Position numbers and translations under genes: made by a program
Notes under the pieces: model-generated
The model's database searches: none
Told to the model about the DNA's origin: nothing
Seen by the model: the letters and a program-made list of their open reading frames with translations, nothing else
Shown here: positions 1-6,710 of the stretch, piece after piece
How the letters are laid out: every line of letters starts with the position of its first letter
Position numbering within the stretch: position 1 is the first letter of the stretch
NCBI GenBank assembly: GCA_040260805.1
Contig: JBDQPD010000103.1
Location: 1 to 12,638 of the forward strand
DNA from: Myxococcota bacterium
GTDB taxonomy: Bacteria; Myxococcota; UBA4151
DNA length: 12,638 nucleotides
Reading direction: 5' to 3'

Positions 1-276
1 AGCTTCGGCCTTTGCCTTCGCAGCTTTCTCAGCCGCTTTTTTCTTCGCTGACTTTCTTTTCGACTTCCGCTTCTTTTTTGACTTCCGCTTTTTCTTGCGC
101 TTCTTCCGCTTTTTCCGGCGCTTACGGCGTTTCTTTCGGCGCTTCTTTTTACGCTGAGCGATCAACTCACCGCCGGTCGCCTCTTGCAACTGGCTTGTTG
201 TCGAAGCCGTCGCCTCCGGGCTGGCGGGACCGATTCCGATCAGCGCGATGATGAGTGCAAGGATGAGTGCGCGCAT
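1..276 (-). CDS. Exported protein with N-terminal signal peptide and poly-Lys/Arg tract (partial, runs off the left edge)
   Basis: Hand translation from ATG at 276, open to position 1: MRALILALIIALIGIGPASPEATASTTSQLQEATGGELIAQRKKKRRKKRRKRRKKRKKRKKKRKSKKKRKSKRKSAKKKAAEKAAKAKAEA... It begins with a basic residue, a hydrophobic core and an AxA-like cleavage region. A sigma70-like promoter lies upstream. It is absent from the ORF track because there is no stop inside the window. Confidence 0.8.
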   Translation of the reverse strand, partial: MRALILALIIALIGIGPASPEATASTTSQLQEATGGELIAQRKKKRRKKRRKRRKKRKKRKKKRKSKKKRKSKRKSAKKKAAEKAAKAKAEA

Positions 277-324
277 GGGTTCCCAATCTAGAAATCGATA
301 GACGCCGCACGTGGCGACGTTGTA

Positions 325-354
325 AGTGTAGTTAACCGGGTTTAGCGGTGTCAA
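325..354 (-). promoter_or_regulatory. Sigma70-type promoter for the polybasic exported-protein gene
   Basis: The minus strand reads TTGACA (354-349), an 18-nt spacer, then TACACT (330-325). This is a perfect -35 and a 4/6 -10, about 50 nt upstream of the ATG at 276. Confidence 0.55.
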
Positions 355-417
355 TGGGGGCAAGTCTCCTTGACCCACGAGCCGTGTCATGATTGGCTTT
401 TCAAGGAGCGATCGACG

Positions 418-750
418 ATGTCACCACAACTCATCACAGCGACACCCAAGGCTTTGGATCATTTGAAGGGCTTGCTCGCGTCGGAAGAGGCGGACGCAAC
501 GGGTGTACGGTTGGGCGTCAAAGGCGGCGGATGTAGCGGCCTTTCGTACCTGCTGGAGTTCGGCATCGAGCGCGAGGGTGACAACATCGTCGAAGCCCAA
601 GGGGTCCGCTTTTATTTAGACCGTAAGTCGAGCATCTACCTCAAAGGGGTCCAACTCGACTACGACGCGGGCCTTGAAGGCCGTGGGTTTGTCTTCGGTA
701 ACCCGAACGCAACCAATACCTGTGGCTGCGGTGAGTCCTTTTCAATCTAG
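418..750 (+). CDS. iscA: A-type iron-sulfur cluster carrier (IscA/SufA/ErpA; HesB family), 110 aa
   Basis: Contains GVKGGGCSGLSY and C-terminal NPNATNTCGCGESF, giving the three conserved Cys. ATG at 418 is preceded by SD AAGGAG (403-408), so it is preferred over the TTG at 370. The subtype (IscA vs ErpA/SufA) cannot be resolved from sequence alone. Confidence 0.95.
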   Translation: MSPQLITATPKALDHLKGLLASEEADATGVRLGVKGGGCSGLSYLLEFGIEREGDNIVEAQGVRFYLDRKSSIYLKGVQLDYDAGLEGRGFVFGNPNATNTCGCGESFSI

Positions 751-2470
751 CGTCGCAACACTGCGACCTGGTGTTGGAGATCAACTGCTCCAGCTGCGCA
801 GGTCCGGTTCCGTTTGGCGTCAAGCGGACATCGCCCGCATCGACTTGTCTGGAGCCGATGCCGCTCAGTGGCTTCATGGACAATGCAGCCAGAGCATCGT
901 GGACATGACCCCCGGTCAGGGGCGGTTTGCGACCTTGCTCGACCCTAGAGGTAAGCTCCTCAACACCTTTGAGGTGCTCTGTAGCTCCAGCGGCTTTATT
1001 CTTTTGGTGGACTCCACTCAGGCAGATGCGCTCATCGAGCGCTTCGAGAACTTTATCTTCTCAGAAGATGTCCAGGTCAGACTGATCGCTAACGCTCTCG
1101 AGTGTCTATGGGTCCAAGGAAGCGCCGCAGAAGAAGCGCTTCATAAGTTAGACGCATGGCAACCCTTAGCTCTGGATGATCGAAGCTGGCTTGAGCATCA
1201 TGACTTGGTCTGGCGACGAGCGACACGAACTGGTGAAGCGGGCGTTGCGGTCGTTGGTCCTTCTGAACCGGTAGAGTTGATCCATGATGAGTTACTCTAC
1301 GTGGCGAAAGGTTCGCTGCTGCCCATGGGCGACCAAGCGGCTTTGATCGCTCGACTCGAAGCAGGACTCGCTGAGTTTGGTCGAGAGCTGAGCACGAAAG
1401 AGATTTTGCCCGAGACGCCATGGATGGAGCTCGGCTATCGACCGGGTAAGGGGTGTTTCACGGGTCAAGAGATCGTTGAGCGACTCCGTATGAAGGGCAG
1501 CCCCAAGCTGGCTCTGGTCGCGCTTGTGGGGGACGAGTCCATGCCCACACCTGAGCTGGGCTCAGTCGTTCGTATCGAGGGCAAAAACGAGGGGGTTTTT
1601 CGCGCGAGTGTCCACTCCCCAAGTTTAGGTGGACGATTGAACTATGCGCTGTTGAAGCGTCGGCATCGAGAGCCCGGTGCTCAGCTCAACGTCGAGGTGG
1701 ACGGTTCGATGTACCCGGTGGTGCTCCACTGGCTGCCTCCGGTCGCCCACCGTCGTGAGCGGGTTCTTGTTGACCAGCTCTATGAACAAGCGCTTCAGCG
1801 CTTCACCCAAGATCAAGATGAGCGCGACGCCGAGGTCATTCGGCTGCTGAGCCGAGCTCATCAACTCGATCCAAGCCATCAAGATACCTTGGAGTTGTTA
1901 GGCGTCGCTTTGCACCGGCGCGGAGAACGTGGTCGGGCGATTGAGTTGATGCTCGCTTTGGTCGAGGGGGACCCGAAATCAATCATGGGCTGGAGTAATT
2001 TGAGCCGATTCTATGCTGAAGAAGGACGAATCGAAGAGGCTGAGGAAGCCCAGGGCAAGGCGACGCTGATCTCGTTTCAAAGGGACATGGCGGATCGGCG
2101 AGCGGCTGCTCAGAATATAGAACGTGCCCAAGCTGAAAAAGTGGAACGGCATCGCCGCATGGAGATGTTCCGTGAAGTGCTCGAGTTCGACCCGGATGAT
2201 TTGGTCGCCTTATTCGGTCTAGGAAAAGCCTTCGCTGAAGAAGATCAGCCCGCCGATGCTGTAGAACCGCTGAGTCGAGCGGTCACCGTCAAGCCGGATT
2301 ACGCAGCCGCATGGCTGGAGCTTGGTCGTTGCCAGGAGAAGGTCGGCCAAACGGAGGCTGCGCAGACCAGCTACGAGTCGGGAATCGCCGTCGCCGCAAG
2401 GCGAGGGGAGTTGATGCCGATGCGAGCGATGGAGCGCCGTTTAGCCGCTCTGAGGACGCCAGCCGTTTAG
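731..2470 (+). CDS. ygfZ: YgfZ/Iba57 (GcvT-like folate-binding fold) Fe-S maturation protein fused to C-terminal TPR repeats
   Basis: Family signature KGCFTGQE (1448-1471) and an N-terminal IDLSGADAAQWLHGQ ... LLDPRGKL pattern. From about 1772 the protein is TPR-like (LDPSHQDTLELLGVAL, DPDDLVALFGLGKAF, KPDYAAAWLELGRC). The start is uncertain. The first in-frame ATG (905) lies inside the conserved domain, so GTG 731 or GTG 722, both inside iscA, are the likeliest canonical starts. Confidence 0.88.
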   Translation: MSPFQSSVATLRPGVGDQLLQLRRSGSVWRQADIARIDLSGADAAQWLHGQCSQSIVDMTPGQGRFATLLDPRGKLLNTFEVLCSSSGFILLVDSTQADALIERFENFIFSEDVQVRLIANALECLWVQGSAAEEALHKLDAWQPLALDDRSWLEHHDLVWRRATRTGEAGVAVVGPSEPVELIHDELLYVAKGSLLPMGDQAALIARLEAGLAEFGRELSTKEILPETPWMELGYRPGKGCFTGQEIVERLRMKGSPKLALVALVGDESMPTPELGSVVRIEGKNEGVFRASVHSPSLGGRLNYALLKRRHREPGAQLNVEVDGSMYPVVLHWLPPVAHRRERVLVDQLYEQALQRFTQDQDERDAEVIRLLSRAHQLDPSHQDTLELLGVALHRRGERGRAIELMLALVEGDPKSIMGWSNLSRFYAEEGRIEEAEEAQGKATLISFQRDMADRRAAAQNIERAQAEKVERHRRMEMFREVLEFDPDDLVALFGLGKAFAEEDQPADAVEPLSRAVTVKPDYAAAWLELGRCQEKVGQTEAAQTSYESGIAVAARRGELMPMRAMERRLAALRTPAV

Positions 2471-3058
2471 CGCCCGCTCCACCATATCGAGTCGATCCTG
2501 CCCCCAGAACATCACATCACCAACAAAGAACGTGGGTGCGCCACAGGCTCCGCGTTTGAGGGCTTCGTCAGTATGGCTAAAGAGCATCTGTTTGACCGCT
2601 GGGTTCTGCGTACCTTGAAGCAACGATTGAGCGTCTAGCCCCACGTCCTCTAAGACCTCTCCCAGCACACCCGGATCGCTGATGTCTCGGCCGTCGCCCC
2701 AGTAGGCTACGTAGATCTGGCGGCAGGCTTTGGCGTGGTCCGGTCCCTCGAGCTGAAGCATCACCCTGAGCGGTAAAATAGCGTTTAAGGGAAAGATGCT
2801 TGGCCAGCGAAAGGGCAGGCGCCTAAGCTCGGACCAGCGCTGCATGTCCCGAAGGTAATACATCCGTTTATTTTCGCTCGCTTCGAGCACGGGTGGTCCG
2901 GTCAAGCCCAGGTCTTTAAAGAGTCCGCCAAAGAGAAAGGGTTTCCAGACCAGCTCTGCGTTGCAGCGCGCCGCAACCAGCTGGACCTCCTCGACCGCCA
3001 TGTAGGCGTAGGGCGATGAGAAGTCATAAAAATACTCGAGTGTTTTAGCGCTGTTCAT
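2441..3058 (-). CDS. 2-hydroxychromene-2-carboxylate isomerase / GST-kappa-like DSBA-family thioredoxin-fold protein (copy 2)
   Basis: LEYFYDFSSPYAY, WKPFLFGGLF, and RGACGAPTFFVGDVMFWGQDRL. Starts in an ATGA overlap with the stop of copy 1. No signal peptide. Confidence 0.9.
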   Translation of the reverse strand: MNSAKTLEYFYDFSSPYAYMAVEEVQLVAARCNAELVWKPFLFGGLFKDLGLTGPPVLEASENKRMYYLRDMQRWSELRRLPFRWPSIFPLNAILPLRVMLQLEGPDHAKACRQIYVAYWGDGRDISDPGVLGEVLEDVGLDAQSLLQGTQNPAVKQMLFSHTDEALKRGACGAPTFFVGDVMFWGQDRLDMVERALNGWRPQSG

Positions 3059-3717
3059 TGTGCGTCATTCGTCTTTTGGTTGAAGTCAAAGGCGGCGAGA
3101 AGTTCTGGGTCCGCCTTCCAGCCATTAGCTGCTTGTCCGACCATCTCGATGCGATCTTGGCCAAAGAACAATTCACCCTCGACGATGAAGGTGGGCACCC
3201 CAAAGACTCCAAGTTCGACCGCATCATGGGTGCGCTGACGAAGGTCGTCTTTGATCTCTGCGCTGATGCTCTTTGCAGCGATCGCAGGCGCGTCCAGACC
3301 CAAGCCCTCAAGGCAGCTCGACAACACAGTCGTGTCGCTAATATCTGCGCCTTCGGACCAATACAGCGCGTAGAACGCATGGACGACTTCGATAGCCGAC
3401 TCACTCGGCGTCGCCAGCAGATAACGCAAGGCTTCGACCGTGCGGTTTGGATGCCGCAGCGGAGCGGCTAGGGGAGCCTCAAGCCAGCTCGCCCAGCGCA
3501 AGAGATCTAAGCGGTTGTGACGAGCCTTTGCCGGGCTCAGGGTCGTGCTCATATTCTGCGGCTGCTCCAGCGCACGAAAAATACCCCCGAGCAGCACCGG
3601 TCTGAGACGGACCTCACAGGTGGTGTGCGCCGAGAGTTCGCTGAGCCTGGTGGAGGCTAGATAAGCGTAGGGACAGGCGAAGTCGAAGTAGAAATCAATC
3701 ACCTTTGAGCTGGTCAT
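3055..3717 (-). CDS. 2-hydroxychromene-2-carboxylate isomerase / GST-kappa-like DSBA-family protein (copy 1)
   Basis: IDFYFDFACPYAYL, LRPVLLGGIF, and LGVFGVPTFIVEGELFFGQDRI. SD GAGG sits at the stop of the upstream M3 gene (8-nt gap). Confidence 0.9.
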   Translation of the reverse strand: MTSSKVIDFYFDFACPYAYLASTRLSELSAHTTCEVRLRPVLLGGIFRALEQPQNMSTTLSPAKARHNRLDLLRWASWLEAPLAAPLRHPNRTVEALRYLLATPSESAIEVVHAFYALYWSEGADISDTTVLSSCLEGLGLDAPAIAAKSISAEIKDDLRQRTHDAVELGVFGVPTFIVEGELFFGQDRIEMVGQAANGWKADPELLAAFDFNQKTNDAQ

Positions 3718-3725
3718 GAGAACCT

Positions 3726-5405
3726 CTAAAACAGAGCTTTAGCAGCTCGTTGCACCACTCGGTCCAAGCAGCCTTCTTTGAACGGAGAGGTCAGACCTGC
3801 TTGATGAACCAAGGTCTGAAAAGGCGCATTTCCGCCGAGCTTACACAGCGCAACGTAGCGCTCTAGCGCGGCGGCTTGGTCCTCCTCGCACGCGAGCCAG
3901 AACTGCATGGCGCAGGTCTGCGCCAGGGTGTAATCGATGTAGTAAAACGGCATGCCAAAGTAATGCCCTTGGAACTGCCAGCGTCCGCCCTTAGCCGCAT
4001 AACCGATATCGCCCCAGTCCAGATCGGGCATGTATTTAGCCTCCATCGAGCGCCACATCTCATGTCGCTCGGCGGGGGTCGCCATCGGGTTATCGTAGAC
4101 TAGGTGCTGGAAATGATCACCAGCGACTCCATAGGGGAGGAAGGCGAGCGCGCCCGCAAGGTGATTCCAGCGAAAGGCGTCGGCTTCGTCACCAAAGAAC
4201 TTATCCATCTGGGGATACGTCAGGAACTCGAGCGACATCGAATGGATCTCGGCGGCATCGTAGCTGGGCCAGACGCAATCGAGCAGACGGTCATCGCTCG
4301 ATGAAAACCCTTGAAAAGCGTGACCGATCTCATGCGTGAAGACCCGAACATCTCCATCAGTTCCGTTAAAGTTAGCGAAGACAAAGGGCACGCCGTAGTC
4401 GGCGAAATAGGTGCAGAATCCACCGCCTGCTTTGCCCTCGCGAGTCTTCAGATCAAGCAGGTCACGACGCACCATCATGGCGAAGAATTCGCCGATGCGT
4501 GGGTCGACCTCGTCGAACATCAACTGGGCTTGTTTGAGCATCCAGTCGTGGTCACCATGAGGCTTGGGGTTGCCATCGGGAGCATAGAGCCCGGCGTCCC
4601 ACCCCATGACCTTATCGATGCCCAGACGGTCTGCTTGAAGCGACCGGAGCTTTTGAATCAGCGGGACCACTTGCTTGAGGACCTCGCCGCGATAGGTCGC
4701 CACGTCGTTACGCGTGTAGTCAATGCGCTGCATTCGGCGATAGCCAAGCTCGATGAAGTTTTCACAGCCCATCTTCAGCGCCATGCCGTGGCGCAGCGCA
4801 ACCAGCTCATCGAAGATCCGGTCGACTTCAGCGCCATTGGCTTCCATAAAACCATAAGTCGCTGAGACCGCTGCGTGACGCGTCGTGCGATCGGTGTCGG
4901 TTGAGTACTTGCGAAGCCCAGCGAGGTTGAGCGTTTCACCGCGAAACGGGATCTTCGCTGAGGCGATCAGCTTGGTGTATTCCGTGCTCAGCTTACTCTC
5001 GGCGACCAGGTCGCTTTCGATGCATGGGTCAAAGGTCGAGACATCGTTCGCCCAGACCGCAAAGGCATGGCTGCCGAGCTGTTCTTCGAGGTCGGCTCGG
5101 TGAGGCGAGGCGAGTAGGCGCTTTTGGAAGTCGACCTCCATGCTCGTCACGGTGGGGCGAATCTCGCTGTGCCGAGTCTTCGAGGCGACCGCGCTGTCGC
5201 TCGTCGTGTTTTGGGCAAAGCGTGCGCCGACCAGGGCTTCCCAAGTGCCAAAGTTACGCCGAAGGCCATCCCAGCGGCGAACAACGGCTAGCCGATCTTG
5301 GCTTCCGGGCGCTCGGTCAAAGTCTTTGTTGAGTTCATCATAAGCATTGGCGATCGCATCGAGATCAGGCTCGGCTGCTTGCATCTGTGGGTATCGAGTT
5401 TCCAT
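3726..5405 (-). CDS. M3 family (M3B, PepF-like) zinc oligoendopeptidase, 559 aa
   Basis: Zn motif HEIGH (4334-4320) in FANFNGTDGDVRVFTHEIGHAFQ, third ligand in AAEIHSMSLE, plus GKAGGGFC and PFYYIDYTLAQ. ATG at 5405 follows SD GAGGAG, so it is preferred over ATG 5420. Confidence 0.93.
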   Translation of the reverse strand: METRYPQMQAAEPDLDAIANAYDELNKDFDRAPGSQDRLAVVRRWDGLRRNFGTWEALVGARFAQNTTSDSAVASKTRHSEIRPTVTSMEVDFQKRLLASPHRADLEEQLGSHAFAVWANDVSTFDPCIESDLVAESKLSTEYTKLIASAKIPFRGETLNLAGLRKYSTDTDRTTRHAAVSATYGFMEANGAEVDRIFDELVALRHGMALKMGCENFIELGYRRMQRIDYTRNDVATYRGEVLKQVVPLIQKLRSLQADRLGIDKVMGWDAGLYAPDGNPKPHGDHDWMLKQAQLMFDEVDPRIGEFFAMMVRRDLLDLKTREGKAGGGFCTYFADYGVPFVFANFNGTDGDVRVFTHEIGHAFQGFSSSDDRLLDCVWPSYDAAEIHSMSLEFLTYPQMDKFFGDEADAFRWNHLAGALAFLPYGVAGDHFQHLVYDNPMATPAERHEMWRSMEAKYMPDLDWGDIGYAAKGGRWQFQGHYFGMPFYYIDYTLAQTCAMQFWLACEEDQAAALERYVALCKLGGNAPFQTLVHQAGLTSPFKEGCLDRVVQRAAKALF

Positions 5406-5759
5406 CACGTGACTCCTCATGGCGTAGTGTATTTCATGTTGCCGTCAAACTGTCGATGCTCTGCCGCTTTCAAATGATCTCGACTCGATAAAGCAAGAGA
5501 CAGATAAGCTGCAGCTAGATCCACCTAGGGACTCGACAGACCGTGCGCACCGACTCTCGCAGCGTCGAGGGTGTTCGAGCGTATGCCAATCGACGAGGTT
5601 GAAGGAGTCGCTGTGCTCAAGCTTCAGGCTGATGGGGTGACCAAGAAAGATTGAGTGGCGTGGGAAGCCGCAGTGGTAAGCGCAGCCGATGGTCGCAGCC
5701 GACTCAGGACAAGCGACGGCGACGATCGAGTCTGTCGTGGGGCTTGCGGGCGACGGAAA

Positions 5760-6332
5760 CTAGTGCACTCGGCTCTTGTGCGGTAGCTCCGCCACGATCT
5801 GAGCTTCTCGCTGGGCGAGCGTCGTGAGGCGCTCTTTGGCGAGCTCTGGGCTGCTGACTCGACCAGCCAGCCGCACGAAGAACATGTAGTGACCGGCTTC
5901 GGTCTCCATCAGGTCTCGGCAGAAGGTCGCTAGCTCCTCATCAGGATGGTGCTCGCTGATGATCTTGAGCCGCTCAGTGCTGCGGGCCTCAATGAGCGCA
6001 GCGACCAGCAACCGGTCGACCAGACTGTTCTCGGCGTCTTGACCGGCTGCTTTGATCAGCTGAGCGGCGTACGGGTCCTTGCCGCCGCGATCTAAGGTCC
6101 AGCCGCGTTTGCTCAGGTGCTCACAGCAGCTCTGAAAATGGTCCAGCTCTTCGCTCGCAAAGCGAGCGAGCTCAGTGACCACATCGATATCTTTGGCAAA
6201 GGCTTGGGTTAGACTCAAAGCGTTGAGCGCAGCCTTCTTCTCGCATTGCGCGTGGTCTGACAACAACGCGGCAGGGTCTTTGAGGGCTTCGTGGATCCAA
6301 GCCGGATCCGTATCGCTGGCTAAACAGAGCAT
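5760..6332 (-). CDS. miaE: tRNA-(ms2io6A37) hydroxylase, non-heme di-iron ferritin-like fold, 190 aa
   Basis: MLCLASDTDPAW, LLSDHAQCEKKAA, EELDHF, DPYAAQL, DRLLVAALIEARSTERL, EAGHY and C-terminal SRVH match the MiaE pattern. Start placed at ATG 6332. Confidence 0.9.
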   Translation of the reverse strand: MLCLASDTDPAWIHEALKDPAALLSDHAQCEKKAALNALSLTQAFAKDIDVVTELARFASEELDHFQSCCEHLSKRGWTLDRGGKDPYAAQLIKAAGQDAENSLVDRLLVAALIEARSTERLKIISEHHPDEELATFCRDLMETEAGHYMFFVRLAGRVSSPELAKERLTTLAQREAQIVAELPHKSRVH

Positions 6333-6488
6333 GGTCGATTCGATCCCGAGTTTGGACGCTGACGTCTTAGCGATCGCTCGCCAAGGCCGCAAGGCGAGCG
6401 TCGGGCTGAGGTTGGAGCGGCAAATCGATTACAGGCGAATCTGAGGCTTCGGATTTTGAGCCTGTGTGTTGCGTGGAACAATTGAATT

Positions 6489-6529
6489 GGATAACTCTGG
6501 GATAACTCGATGTATCAAGTTTTTATAAT
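6489..6529 (+). promoter_or_regulatory. Putative regulated promoter: tandem GGATAACTC repeat and perfect -10 TATAAT upstream of the YHYH operon
   Basis: GGATAACTC at 6489-6497 and 6500-6508 (11-bp period). TATAAT at 6524-6529. The second repeat occupies the -35 position. The region is a local AT-rich patch between the divergent miaE and YHYH genes. Confidence 0.45.
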
Positions 6530-6560
6530 AGGTTGCGACTTGTCATAATCTTCCTTATCG

Positions 6561-6617
6561 GGCGCACGCCGCCCGGGCGGTGGTGGTCGCCCATCTGCCC
6601 ACGCCGGGTCGTGTGCC
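6561..6617 (+). other. GC-rich hairpin in the probable 5' leader of the YHYH gene
   Basis: GGCGCACG (6561-6568) pairs with CGTGTGCC (6610-6617), one G-U. GGGCGGTGG (6575-6583) pairs with CCATCTGCCC (6591-6600), one bulge. It also contains the perfect 12-bp palindrome CCGCCCGGGCGG (6569-6580). Confidence 0.35.
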
Positions 6618-6710
6618 GCCTCCCAAGACCACGCTCTAAGTGCGATACCTGTGCGCGCTTCTTTATCTTGGGCTATATGTTCGCTGTCTTTGGACCCATA
6701 TGGAGAAATC

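Noticed and set aside
12..251. 79-aa Ser/Phe-rich + strand ORF
   Set aside because: It is the antisense shadow of the Lys/Arg-rich minus-strand gene, which has a signal peptide and a promoter.
2441..3717. DSBA-like proteins as disulfide catalysts for the Cys-rich lipoprotein, or as evidence of naphthalene catabolism
   Set aside because: Neither has a signal peptide or CxxC, so they are cytoplasmic kappa-GST-like proteins. No aromatic-degradation genes are in the window.
6465..6508. oriC/parS-like elements: TGTGTTGCGTGGAACA resembles parS, and the GGATAA repeats resemble DnaA boxes
   Set aside because: The parS-like 16-mer matches only in its right half (about 13/16). The DnaA-like boxes match TGTGGATAA at only 6-7 of 9 positions. 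There are too few boxes and no dnaA/parAB/gidA genes in the window.
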